From IMG/VR virus record IMGVR_UViG_3300046779_002349, positions 86,180-150,179 of that record: 64,000 nt of DNA; one strand, 5' to 3'. Within the stretch, counting starts at the first letter, position 1. Every line of letters begins with the position of its first letter. Source of the stretch: a virus. The position numbers and the translations under genes are program-made. Positions 39,545 through 50,044 of this stretch are shown here, one piece after another. The notes beneath the pieces are model-generated. The model saw nothing but the letters and a program-made list of their open reading frames with translations. It searched no databases and was not told the origin of the DNA.

Positions 39545-40263
39545 TACAGTTGAAAGTTATTAACCCCTTTTTGTACTTCGTTGCGAATCACACCATCCAG
39601 CGCGTCAGGACTACCCAATAGCAGGCTACCATAATCAATGCCTTTTCCTGGTTTTGTATAGGAAGGATCAACTGCTTTTGAAATCATGTTAGGATTTCTA
39701 GCCAGCTTTAGCCTGTCTTTAAAGGATAGGGAATCGAATCCTTGCATCATATCTTGTGCAGATTGCATACCCCCTTGCTGTGCGGCTTGGTTAGCAATTT
39801 CCTTTGCATTTGTGTAACCGTGTAATTGGCCAGCTCTAGAAAATGGATCGACGTTTACTCCCAATAAACCAAGCCCCGTGTGAGCTCCCATCGACCCCCA
39901 CATACCTGTAGTTTGATTAGGCGAAAAGGCCATCATCCTAGGGGTATCGTACGCAAGTGTGAGGGCTTTTCTACCAAGCTTAACTGCCGTTTGCTTTCCT
40001 GGCGTAAGTCCTTGTACGTAATTGTCGAATTCGTTGTTTAGTCTTGTATGCCTACCTTGATATTTGGACAGGGCTTTTTGCGCACTGTCTACTCTCCATT
40101 GCATTCCTGGATCGTTACCGTATTTCCCAATCATTTTTTGTGCATGAGAAATATTACCTTCCGCTAAACCAGCTCTAGCTCCAGAATGCAAAGCTCTGAA
40201 CAATTGCTTTACTGGGGCAAAGTTAAATGCTGCTGATTTTTCTATGAAGGAATATGGGTCCAT
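39544..40263 (-). CDS. KxA-leader protein
   Basis: MDPYSFIEKSA. Confidence 0.6.
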   Translation of the reverse strand: MDPYSFIEKSAAFNFAPVKQLFRALHSGARAGLAEGNISHAQKMIGKYGNDPGMQWRVDSAQKALSKYQGRHTRLNNEFDNYVQGLTPGKQTAVKLGRKALTLAYDTPRMMAFSPNQTTGMWGSMGAHTGLGLLGVNVDPFSRAGQLHGYTNAKEIANQAAQQGGMQSAQDMMQGFDSLSFKDRLKLARNPNMISKAVDPSYTKPGKGIDYGSLLLGSPDALDGVIRNEVQKGVNNFQL

Positions 40264-40931
40264 TAGAATGGATTGTTTCCGAGAATGCGATCGATTATAC
40301 CTTGGTTGTTGTAGCGTTGTTGAGCTTCTTGCATGGCTCGCATGTAGCCTTCGTAAGTACCCATTACCTGGCCGCTTTCTCTACCTCTTGATTCGCCCAG
40401 CCCAGATCCAAGAAGGTATCCGCCAGTTCCTGTTCCTAGGCCAACTGCGGCTGTTCCTACTCCAGGTCGATCAAATAATCTTGCTAGGCGATCCGCGAAT
40501 CCTTGATCTGCGACTTCATCTACTGCTCCACCGTAAGCTACTGGATAGTTATTAGCTACTTGGGTTGTTGCGTTATTTGTTCCCTTAGGAGTAACATTTC
40601 TCATACCTGGTCCAGTTGTCGTTGCATCGACAGGAATAGGGTTTGGTGGAGTAGATAGCCCAGCATTATAATCAATAGCCTTTGGGCCTTGGGCTGCTTG
40701 AGCTGCGGTATTTGGGGTTACTGGAGGAATTTCTCCACCCCTCCTTCTTAGTTCTCTGAGTGACTTTGCCGCAAGCCCTCTCTGTGCGTGATTTTTAGGC
40801 AGCGTTTTAACAGCATCTAACGCTGTTCGTAAATTGCCTATTGTTGCGGTATCAGTTTTTCCTCCTAATGAAGCAATACCCCTAATCAGTCGCGCATTAA
40901 ATGCAGCTTTAATCAACTCACTTTTATTCAT
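40263..40931 (-). CDS. KxA-leader glycine-zipper protein
   Basis: MNKSELIKAA; GVGTAAVGLGTGTGGYLLGSGLG. Confidence 0.6.
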   Translation of the reverse strand: MNKSELIKAAFNARLIRGIASLGGKTDTATIGNLRTALDAVKTLPKNHAQRGLAAKSLRELRRRGGEIPPVTPNTAAQAAQGPKAIDYNAGLSTPPNPIPVDATTTGPGMRNVTPKGTNNATTQVANNYPVAYGGAVDEVADQGFADRLARLFDRPGVGTAAVGLGTGTGGYLLGSGLGESRGRESGQVMGTYEGYMRAMQEAQQRYNNQGIIDRILGNNPF

Positions 40932-40970
40932 ATGTCCTAAATTATAACTAAAAATAAACCCACAGTAAAT

Positions 40971-41006
40971 AAAAAAAAGAAACCACCTGTGAAAGATGGT
41001 TTCTTT
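40971..41006 (-). terminator. intrinsic terminator
   Basis: AAAGAAACCA/TGGTTTCTTT hairpin plus T-run. Confidence 0.7.
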
Positions 41007-41012
41007 AAAAAT

Positions 41013-41825
41013 TTAAATTCTTCTTCTATATACACCTAAACCGAAAATAGTCATCAGGCATAACCCTAAAGTCATATTCGGCTCTGGTACCCCTAGCGAA
41101 GGAGTTGTTGGAACTGGAGTAAATTCTAGCACAAAAATAGTATCATTGAAGTCTTTGTCTCCGCCTCCCCAAATGTCCTCGAATCCTATCACTAGGTAAT
41201 TAGAGTTTCCATTTTTAAAGAAAACAGAGTGAAATAGTCCATCTCCATTTAGGCTATGATCTGTAGAAAAGAATCTTCTACCTCCGTTAGCTCCGTCCGC
41301 AATTAAAAAGAAATCTAGTTTTTGATTAAACGGGAATAACCCAATATCGACAAAATCTCCAGATACCAGAGGTCTTTTATCATTCCTGAGTAAATTCTTG
41401 TCTCCGCTTGCGTTAGTTTCTCCAGAGAAATCTGGGAAAATAAGTTTAGCGGTTGGATCTGTTGGTGCCCCTACTTTTGTAGAGAATCCAATAGAGTTTC
41501 TAAAACCAGCGTTCTCTCCTACGAAATAAGCACGTACTGTTGCGTCGTCACTTAATGTCAGTAGGCTAGGATTGGTGTTCAGATTAGCCCAATCGTTGAA
41601 TTTAAAGGTTTGAAATAAATTTCTATTCTGAATACCGATTAGGCTAGGAAGAATATCTGATTGAAACTTCTGTGCTTGCGGATCAGATCCAGCCAGCATG
41701 ACAGGAGAAACAATATCTAGATTGTATGGTCTTGCGGGGGATTGGTACCCACTTTGTGTTTGTGCGTTACTAAAGCCGATAAGCGTGAGTAACGTTACGA
41801 TAATAGAGATGTAATTGTGTTTCAT
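41013..41825 (-). CDS. DUF4114-like PEP-CTERM surface protein
   Basis: Signal peptide; YFVGENAGFRNSIG and IGFEDIWGGGDKDFNDTIF; ends VPEPNMTLGLCLMTIFGLGVYRRRI. Confidence 0.85.
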   Translation of the reverse strand: MKHNYISIIVTLLTLIGFSNAQTQSGYQSPARPYNLDIVSPVMLAGSDPQAQKFQSDILPSLIGIQNRNLFQTFKFNDWANLNTNPSLLTLSDDATVRAYFVGENAGFRNSIGFSTKVGAPTDPTAKLIFPDFSGETNASGDKNLLRNDKRPLVSGDFVDIGLFPFNQKLDFFLIADGANGGRRFFSTDHSLNGDGLFHSVFFKNGNSNYLVIGFEDIWGGGDKDFNDTIFVLEFTPVPTTPSLGVPEPNMTLGLCLMTIFGLGVYRRRI

Positions 41826-42275
41826 GTAATTATTTTAGCATAAGTTTTGATTTTTTGCACCCTCCCAAATGAGGGGTTATTTTATTTTTATAGTGGATAA
41901 GTATTCCTCTACTACATCTTTACAAGCTAAATCAGTTTCGTTAGCTCTTCTTTCGATGTCTAGTTCGGAACCAATAGCGACAGCGATATGTTGTAACCAG
42001 AAATAATCTGAGAATTCCAACCACTTATTTCCGGTTTCGGAACTAGTTTCTAAGATCAGATCTATTACATTATCCCCCTGATGGGCTATTACAATTTCAC
42101 AAAAAAAATCTCTTACCGTTTCTAGTGAAACGTTTTTAGTCATATCCAATTTTCTAAACAAAGGTGCTACTTGAGGGTAAGTTTTTAAATAAACTGTATG
42201 TTTACTATTAATATCTTTTATATGCCTGGACGCTCTGGCTCCAGCAAATAACGCACTAGTAATACTCATATTGAT

Positions 42276-43118
42276 TTATTCTTTTGTAACTAATCCTTCT
42301 TCTAAATCGGAAAAGTAATAAGTATACTCAAACTTATCTCCGTACGTAGAGTCTGGATCTGTAATAAACATGTGGGCTAATTCCCGAATAAACGTGGGGT
42401 TGCTACTCAGTCTATTATAGATCTCCGAAATAGTTTTAATTGAGAAACAAACTAATTGCTCAGTTAGTTTGTCTGGAACGAATTCAATTGGAACATGCCT
42501 CATTTCTTTTTTCAATGGAATGAAGTAATCGTACACCACAGTCTTTCCCGTTAGCGTGTGGTACATGTAAGCTGCATTCTTATGAGACTGAGGCATGGAG
42601 CTTGGAGTTTTTCCCGTAATCTTACAATCATAAACCGTAGACGGTGTTTGATAGTCGGTATACCCTAGAATAAAATTATCACATATCAAACCTTGAACTC
42701 GATCTTGGCAAGTAATGTTGTCTTTAAATGGGGCATAACGATTAATTGCTTTTTCGCAGATTTGCGCAATTGATTCTGCAATTTCTGCATAGCTGGAAAA
42801 GCTGCTAGCCTCTTTAGTAAATACTTCTGTGGCTAAGGATATACTTTGTTTGATATCTCCTTTGCATGACTCAGCAGCTTCTTTTGTAAGGATGCTCTTA
42901 TCATCGGCGTATCTTAGTCCACCAAGATAAAGATTAACTGCTCTTTCCACAGTATTGCCTTTCTGAAAGTTAATATTATCCCTCCTCTCAAAGTTTAATA
43001 ATCTTCCTACAAAAGACATTTTATTTCCTAGGAAGTTATTTACTTGAGATGGAGAGATGTGATCAGGAATCTGAGGATTGCTGATAAACTGGTCGCATAG
43101 TTGATTTAATTTTGTCAT
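42276..43118 (-). CDS. PD-(D/E)XK nuclease-like protein
   Basis: HISPSQVNNF, GNTVE, GYTDY, YDCKITGK and AYMY motifs. Confidence 0.7.
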   Translation of the reverse strand: MTKLNQLCDQFISNPQIPDHISPSQVNNFLGNKMSFVGRLLNFERRDNINFQKGNTVERAVNLYLGGLRYADDKSILTKEAAESCKGDIKQSISLATEVFTKEASSFSSYAEIAESIAQICEKAINRYAPFKDNITCQDRVQGLICDNFILGYTDYQTPSTVYDCKITGKTPSSMPQSHKNAAYMYHTLTGKTVVYDYFIPLKKEMRHVPIEFVPDKLTEQLVCFSIKTISEIYNRLSSNPTFIRELAHMFITDPDSTYGDKFEYTYYFSDLEEGLVTKE

Positions 43119-44261
43119 TGTTGTGGATTGGCTAATATATTAAATAAGTGCACTTGTAAAGATTTGTATGCATCATCTTCGGAATTTAAAACGAGATCTA
43201 GTAGTTGGATAGCTACTTTTGATTTCTGCTCGTCCGAAAGGTTGGCTGCTTTATCTTTTAAACCTTTTCTTACTTCTGGTAGGAGTAAGTTTTTGTCGGA
43301 AGGAAATATCTTTTCGATATTATTTTTTCCTATTTTGTTTACCGCTAGTTTCAAATATGCCTCATTATTATTTCTTATCGTGGATTTCAATCTGTCTGCT
43401 TCCTTTAAAACGAGTTTATAAATCCGCATAAAGGTGTACAACTCAAATGGATAATCGCAAGAATAAATACCCCACTGCTTTTCTGGCATTTCTTTACAGG
43501 TTATAGTGAACCTATTGAAAGCCATATTGACATCTTGAGATAGGGTGTAATTCAACTTGTTATGCTTGAACTCTATATTTAGTTCATGCTTTGTAAATGG
43601 GTTACTATTATACCGATTAAAATACTCCCTCATACTTCTAACCTCTGAGGATATAGCCAGTATGATTTCTCGTTGAGTATTCTTTAAATCAAAGATAGGT
43701 TTATGCGGATCCTTTGTAGGAATGTACTGATAAAATGCACTTAGTGGTTTCGTGTTTTTCATTATTTTGTTTGTTATTAATCTTTAAACATAATTGCGTC
43801 GCGACCTATGGAAATCTGAGCTGCGACTTCTACTCCATAGGTGTCTCCGCTCAACTGCACGCCATACACAGTGGCCCCATACTCATCCAGTAAGGCATGC
43901 AGCTTTTCCGAAAATTCTTCAAAACGAGCTTTCTCCTTTTCTCGTTTCTTTTCGTAAGCTGCCTTCTTTCTTTTATGTCGGCGTTCTGCTGCCTCTAAAT
44001 GGACTGGATTAGCACTAAAATAAAAGTCTGGAGTTTTGCTTTTAGACCCGAAATCATAGCAACCTCCGTGAGCAGGAAAGGCTCCTACATGTTTTTCTAG
44101 TTTCTCTGGTCTAGCATAACGCCAAGTTTTCGTACCTTCACGCCATCCTGTAACCACCCTAATAGGCCCGTAAAGCCATCCTGTTTTGGTTTCTCTTAGG
44201 GATACAACTTTGTCTCCGATTTTCAAGTTTTCTAAATTTAAGTCGTTCATAATGTAATAAT

Positions 44262-44573
44262 TTAGTGAGACATTGTGTCTTTCACAATAGCTTCAATTTC
44301 TTTTTGGATTTCTTCGATGTACCGACGGGCATGAGCCTGATAAAATTCGGATTTTAGAAATGCTTCTTTATCGAAATTTAATCGTGTACATCCAACGAAA
44401 TTTTCTTCGGTATTTCTTTTTATAAAATTCCCTACCCCTCCAATCCAGATCCTACCGTCCCCCGATACTACGCATGTTCCGCAGTCCAGTAATGCGTCGG
44501 ATGCGGCTTTGGCCTGTGGATGATCTGACTTGAAAAATTGATTTCTGATAAATAATTTAGTTAGTAAGTTCAT
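44262..44573 (-). CDS. hypothetical protein, paralog of 44693..45016
   Basis: Shares TKLFIRN, GTCVV.G.G.IWIGG.GNFI and FDK.AFLKSE. Confidence 0.75.
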   Translation of the reverse strand: MNLLTKLFIRNQFFKSDHPQAKAASDALLDCGTCVVSGDGRIWIGGVGNFIKRNTEENFVGCTRLNFDKEAFLKSEFYQAHARRYIEEIQKEIEAIVKDTMSH

Positions 44574-44601
44574 TTTAGTTGTTGGTTTGTTTGTTAGTTG
44601 A

Positions 44602-44705
44602 TTAATCGTAATACCAAAAGCGTGAATCGTCCTCTACCAGGTCTTTCAGTTCTTGTTTTTCTTTATCTTTTAATAATTTTTCGTAATCGCATCTAGATAC
44701 TACTA
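44602..44705 (-). pseudogene. duplicated 3' fragment of gene 45051..45281
   Basis: Reads IVVSRCDYEKLLKDKEKQELKDLVEDDSRFWYYD versus IVVSRVEYERLLKFKEQQDLRDLADSDPRFWY; no start of its own seen. Confidence 0.65.
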
Positions 44706-45016
44706 TAAATTGCTTCAATTTCTTCTTGGATTTCTCGTTTCTTATCTTCCAGCTCTTTAATGTAGTGAATTACACAGGACTTGTACAATTCGGATTTTAG
44801 AAATGCGTCTTTATCAAAAGTGAGGCGTGTACACCCAATAAGATCTTGTTCTGCAGTACGAGTTATAAAATTTCCTATCCCTCCAATCCAGATGCTCCCG
44901 TGACCTGGTACTACACATGTTCCAGAATCGATTAAATGGTCGGCTATGCATTGATGTCCTGCGAGGTTTGATTGAAAAAAGTGATTTCTGATAAATAATT
45001 TAGTTTGTGATTTCAT
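44693..45016 (-). CDS. hypothetical protein, paralog of 44262..44573
   Basis: Same shared motifs as its paralog. Confidence 0.75.
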   Translation of the reverse strand: MKSQTKLFIRNHFFQSNLAGHQCIADHLIDSGTCVVPGHGSIWIGGIGNFITRTAEQDLIGCTRLTFDKDAFLKSELYKSCVIHYIKELEDKKREIQEEIEAIYSSI

Positions 45017-46193
45017 TTTAGTATTTGGTTTGTTTGTTAGTTGATTAGGCTTAATACCAAAAGCGGGGATCGCTATCTGCCAGGTCTCTGAGATCCTGTT
45101 GTTCTTTAAACTTTAGTAGTCGCTCATATTCGACTCTCGATACTACTATCAATTGCTTCTTCTGCAGGAATGCTTTGATAGTGTCGAACATGATATCTTG
45201 TTGCCTCTTGTCAAACTGCATTAGTTTATTCTTGTGATAGAACACATGTTTCAGTTCTTCGATAAATTCTGCTGGTATCATGATGAGTTAGTAAATTTGT
45301 ATTTCATAGGTCAGTTCGTATTAGGTATTCTTTTAGTTTATTTTAACCCTATTTGTTCTAGTAGATCTTCAACGATGATTTTTGTCATCATGTTGCTTAT
45401 CATTTCTTCTTCTACACGTTCCCGAGAATTTGCGCATGGATACCACGGGGTAGCCAATTTTAAAATCAGGTTCGCAAATTGTTGCTCGATTACGTAATGA
45501 AATCCTGATTGACCCATGTTCGCAATATGAGGGGCAATTTCTTCGAAAAAGCGTTTTCTTGTTTCGCATCTCCACTTATTGTATTCTTCGGCCTCCTTTA
45601 ATATAACCTCTGAATTTTCACACCATTCTTCGTATGTCATAATTTATTTTTTTTCCTAAAAAGGTTCAACTGCTTTTATGTTAAAATTATGCTTAGTATA
45701 TCTTTTACTAGGCTGATGGCTTATGCATTCAAAGTCTCTGTTAAATACTATTTTGTGATGGTGTACATCAGAAAATAGGTACACTGATTTAAACCTTGAT
45801 TCGAAATAATCTCTGAATGGAGTTTTGTCTACCTCCCAGTTTCCTCTCTTGTTTAAATTAAGTGTACAGTTGTAACATAGCAATTGTGGCACTTTGCTGT
45901 ATTCGTTATAACCTGCTATACATACTCTTTTGGTAATAGTTTTTGGCATATTACTTCCTACCTAGTCGTTGTTTAAACAATCTCAAAACCATTTCCTCGA
46001 ATAAATCTTCATCTCTTGTTTTCATGTAAGCATTAAACAAATGGGAATCTGTCATAGTGGGAATAGGAATTTGCTTACCATCTTTTGTAGTCCACATCAA
46101 CTTCTCAGATGATCGGTTAAATTTACCCTCCATAAACCAGTCCATCGCTCGTTCTGCGTAAACATCTGCGTCCATAATTGTTTAAAGTTTGAT

Positions 46194-47485
46194 CGGGGCA
46201 TATGGGTCGCAAACCCCGCCCTTCAGGGCGGCTTTCAATTTATTATGTAATTTTCTTGTTGACATTTTTTAATTAGTGGTTATCTTTCAATTCAAGATGC
46301 AGCGCGCATACCAATACAGATTCTACCCAACCCCTGAGCAGGAATCACTGCTTAGGCGTACGATTGGGTGTTGTCGGTTTGTATACAACCGCGCTTTAGC
46401 GATTCGTCAAGAAGCATGGGTTCAAAGAAGCGAAAAGATTTCTGGTTTTGACCTCATCAAGAAAATAACGCTATGGAAAAAGGAAGAGGAAACTCAATGG
46501 TTGAAAGAGGTTTCCAGCGTTCCACTTCAGCAAGCAATAAATAATCTTGAGGTCGCTTATCAGAACTTTTTTGCCAAGAGAGCTAAACATCCGACATTCA
46601 AAAAGAAGTCATCTGGTGGGTCATGCAGATTCACCGAGTTTGCCTTTCGCATCAAGGATGGGGATGTTTGGCTCGCTAAAACTAATGCTCCACTAGACAT
46701 TCGTTGGAGTCGCCCACTCCCAGAAGGTGCAAAGCCAAAGCAATGCACCGTCAGGCTAACGCCGTCTGGAAAGTGGTTTATTTCTTTTCTGTGCGATGTT
46801 CAAATCCAAAAGCTGCCGCCCTCTAGCCAATCAGTAGGATTGGATATGGGAATATCCGCATTAGTTACTTTGTCCACTGGGGAGAAAATAACCAACCCTA
46901 AGCTGATGAGGGAGTATCGCAAAAGACTCGCGACAGCTCAGCGACACCTTTCTAGGAAGAAGGTTGGCAGTAAGCGCAGAGAACGAGCAAAGATAAAAGT
47001 TGCACGCATCCACGAAAAGATTTCAAACACAAGGAAAGATCAATTGCACAAACTCACAACTCGACTCGTTCGCGAAAACCAAACGATTGTAGTAGAGGAT
47101 TTGAATGTGAGAGGCATGCTCAAAAACCATTGCTTGGCTGGCTCCATATCGGACGCAAGTTGGCATCAGTTAAAGAGCATGCTTGAATACAAGTGCGGCT
47201 GGTATGGGCGGGAACTTAGGGTCATAGACCGTTGGTATCCGTCATCTAAGACATGCAGCAATTGCGGTCATGTCGTCAGAAAGTTGCCACTTGCAATCCG
47301 TGAATGGAAATGCCCGTCATGTTCGGCAATCCATGATCGTGATGTAAATGCAGCGATCAACATTTTATCGGCGGGAATCGTCGATTACACTCGTGGAGAA
47401 GGCGTGAAACCGAAGCGGATGAAATCCGTGGACGTAGCCCTCAATGAAGCGAGAATCCCTGCCCTTTAGGGCGGGGAGGATTCAA
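46194..47485 (+). mobile_element. IS200/IS605-family element with TnpB only (IS1341-like)
   Basis: TTGAT directly 5' of the element, CCGCCCTTCAGGGCGG left hairpin, CCCTGCCCTTTAGGGCGGGG right hairpin, TTCAA right end; removing it restores a clean host gene end. Confidence 0.85.
46297..47469 (+). CDS. tnpB: RNA-guided endonuclease TnpB
   Basis: AYQYRFYPT, RFVYNRAL, RuvC residues GLDMG / VVEDL / DRDVNAA, and CxxC...CxxC zinc ribbon. Confidence 0.97.
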   Translation: MQRAYQYRFYPTPEQESLLRRTIGCCRFVYNRALAIRQEAWVQRSEKISGFDLIKKITLWKKEEETQWLKEVSSVPLQQAINNLEVAYQNFFAKRAKHPTFKKKSSGGSCRFTEFAFRIKDGDVWLAKTNAPLDIRWSRPLPEGAKPKQCTVRLTPSGKWFISFLCDVQIQKLPPSSQSVGLDMGISALVTLSTGEKITNPKLMREYRKRLATAQRHLSRKKVGSKRRERAKIKVARIHEKISNTRKDQLHKLTTRLVRENQTIVVEDLNVRGMLKNHCLAGSISDASWHQLKSMLEYKCGWYGRELRVIDRWYPSSKTCSNCGHVVRKLPLAIREWKCPSCSAIHDRDVNAAINILSAGIVDYTRGEGVKPKRMKSVDVALNEARIPAL

Positions 47486-47638
47486 TCCTGCTTCTCTTAG
47501 AGCATAGTGTAGTTGTTTATCTTTACTCGCGAGTTTTATAGCTTCTTCGATATTGGAGCAATCCCATTCTCGAAGAATCCATTCTAACTTTTGCTCCTTT
47601 TGCTTTTTCTGTTTTTCGATCTTTTTTTTATTGGTCAT
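47441..47638 (-). CDS. small protein whose C-terminus was replaced by the IS insertion
   Basis: ...LREAG|LNPPRPKGQGFSLH; the empty site would read ...LREAG|IKL*. Confidence 0.7.
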   Translation of the reverse strand: MTNKKKIEKQKKQKEQKLEWILREWDCSNIEEAIKLASKDKQLHYALREAGLNPPRPKGQGFSLH

Positions 47639-48759
47639 AAACCAAGAGCTTTAAGTTCTTCTTTTGTCAGTTTAGCTTTAGCGGAAGATATCAGTCGGTA
47701 TTTTTTATTAGCTTCTTCCCTTTGTTTTTCTAAGGCGTAAACTTCACTCTCGAGCTTGTCCAGCTCACAGTAATCTGCATCACTATACGAAATACCAAAC
47801 GCGTATGAAGTATCGGTCGTGTATACCTTAAACTTGCCTTTTACTATTGTAATATACCTTCCTAGGCCACAAGCCCTTTCAAGCACGTTCATTATTTTTG
47901 CAGGATAGCCATCAATAAGCTCCTGGGCCAGCCTAGCGTTTTCTTTTGCAATTCGAGCTTCTTTCTCTGCTTTTGTTTCTCTTAGTTTTCGTGTCATAGT
48001 TCTACTAATCCTTTTGCTAATACGTAAGCTTTTGCGTAATCAACAGGTTCAATGTCAATTAGCATCATTGCAGTCATTTCGACCGCATCAAACACATCAG
48101 ATGGTTCAACCTCTCCATTACCGAATTTATTATCACAGATAGCTGCTAACTTTTGGATAAATAATCTGCGTAGTTGTGGTGTAGTTAGCCCTTCTTTCAG
48201 TGCTTCGTGCATTACTTGAAAATCCCCACAATAGTTAGCTACGTAAAGTTCCCAAACTTTAAAATATGTTGTGTTGGGTTTAACTTCTACAGTTGTGTCT
48301 GGATTTAAATCAGCGTAAATAAGGTTGTTGATTTGTTCGTTAGTTAGTTCGTTTAATTTTTTCATAGGTTTTTATTTTTTGCTTTTAAACATAGCCCATC
48401 TTTTTGGGGAATGGTCTTTCATTTTATGGTATTGATCTAGTTGGGATTGAAACAATTTTAATGCGGCGTCAAATCCTTCTTGCGTATCCGGAAAAGAAGG
48501 GTTGTCAGCCCAACAAATGTGGCACCCTGGTTTTCTTACGTAGTATGCATAAATCCTGTGCCTATATTCTTCTCCTTCGACGATTAAAGGATTGTAACTC
48601 AAAATTTTATTACTGTTTGGAGTCCTGCATAGCTTTATACTAAACATTCCAATTTTTGTTTTAAACTGTAGATGCTCTATAACTTCTTGTAAAGCATGAT
48701 CTCCTTCCTTATATTTGATATAACTATATTGCATAGGTTTGTGCTTTATTTACAGTTTG

Positions 48760-48861
48760 TAAGTGTGTCAGGAATCGAACCTGAGCCTCGACGAAATACC
48801 GCCTATCCCATAGGATAAGAAGCCCTTTGCTTGGGTTGTGCTACCGCTACACCACACACTT
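48760..48861 (-). ncRNA. tRNA-like RNA with an extra arm (atypical; GCA triplet in the loop)
   Basis: AAGTGTG/CACACTT acceptor, GTGT-AGCGGTA-GCAC D arm, TCAGG-TTCGATT-CCTGA T arm; atypical anticodon arm and an insert of about 36 nt. Confidence 0.7.
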
Positions 48862-48867
48862 ATTTAA

Positions 48868-49218
48868 TTATTCCTCCCAAAGACCTAATGTTCTTAAGAA
48901 GGCTTCTGCTTGCTGCTCTGCTGTAGCATCAAGCAAGGTTTCTGCATCCCACTCATTGCGATTTACAATTCGTCCTTTTATAATATTTGCGAGATGATCA
49001 TTGAATGTGTAACGATACCCCCAGTCCTTTTTCCATAAAGCTTGTTTGGCCTCGTGCATTGCATTGAGGTCATTTAAAAAGTCAGGAATTTGGGGAGAAA
49101 TAATGTCCTCGTACCCTAAATAGTAAGTGACCCCATCTTTTTTAAACCAACCGTGACTTTCTGAATATTTATATCCACAAACCTCGGCTATCTTGATCCT
49201 TTGTTTTTCTTCGTCCAT
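48868..49218 (-). CDS. phage ABA-sandwich-like domain protein
   Basis: IAEVCG...IPDFLNDLNAMHEA...ATAEQQAEAFL; 47994..48365 is loosely similar. Confidence 0.5.
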   Translation of the reverse strand: MDEEKQRIKIAEVCGYKYSESHGWFKKDGVTYYLGYEDIISPQIPDFLNDLNAMHEAKQALWKKDWGYRYTFNDHLANIIKGRIVNRNEWDAETLLDATAEQQAEAFLRTLGLWEE

Positions 49219-49484
49219 AACATTACTTCTGAATTACGTTTAAATATTTGCTGTGTTAAGGTCAATCAAAGAATAGTATTTATTTAATTGATTTGGAGTT
49301 ACATAATGATTTCCTCCAGATTCAAATTCGAGCTGGATAGCAGCAACCTTTTCTGGGCTGGAAATCCCCACTAATAAATCTTTAACAGTAGCTATATTTC
49401 CGTCCCCTTTACGTCCAGAGTTTCTATACATTACTTTGGATCCTATGGGAAACTTTTGTGCTATTTTTGCAATAAGTGGTCTGC

Positions 49485-49766
49485 TCATATAGTTAATTGA
49501 ACTTTTAAATGGTTGACTGGTTTCTTTGGTCTTTTGTCTATTATGTTCCCATCGGAATCTTCGTAGTAAATTCTGTTTCCTTTTTCGTCGTATTCTTTTT
49601 TAGTCCAGTAACCAATGGAATCTTCGAAGTAGGATCTATTTCCTTTTGCATCATATTCTAATTTATGCCAGTAACCACTTGAAGTTTCGTAGTAGGTTTG
49701 CCTCCCGTGCGTATTCTTAATAATATAAGGAAACTGTGTAATTCCGTTTTGCTGTGCTAGTGTCAT
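49485..49766 (-). CDS. MTLAQQN-family repeat protein with C-terminal tag
   Basis: 93 aa; ends NHLKVQLTI. Confidence 0.85.
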   Translation of the reverse strand: MTLAQQNGITQFPYIIKNTHGRQTYYETSSGYWHKLEYDAKGNRSYFEDSIGYWTKKEYDEKGNRIYYEDSDGNIIDKRPKKPVNHLKVQLTI

Positions 49767-50044
49767 ATAGTTACTTTAACTTTTAGATGGTTGACTGGTT
49801 TCTTTATTCGTTTGTCTAATATATTACCTATTGAATCTTCGTAATAAATTACTTCTCTTTTATCGCTGTATTCTTTTTTAACCCAGTAACCAAATGAATT
49901 TTCGAAGTAGTTTTCCTTACCATTAACATCATATTCTGATTTATACCATAAACCACCTGAATCTTCTAAGTAGATTATATTGCCGTTAGCATCCTTAATA
50001 ATATAAGGAAACTGTGTAATTCCATTTTGTTGGGCTAGAGTCAT
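49763..50044 (-). CDS. MTLAQQN-family repeat protein with C-terminal tag
   Basis: 93 aa; ends NHLKVKVTI. Confidence 0.85.
   Translation of the reverse strand: MTLAQQNGITQFPYIIKDANGNIIYLEDSGGLWYKSEYDVNGKENYFENSFGYWVKKEYSDKREVIYYEDSIGNILDKRIKKPVNHLKVKVTI

Noticed and set aside
48760-48861. Calling this a standard tRNA-Cys or an intron-containing tRNA
   Set aside because: The loop lacks U33, the anticodon stem has a mismatch, and the insert lies in the variable region and is far too short for a self-splicing intron.
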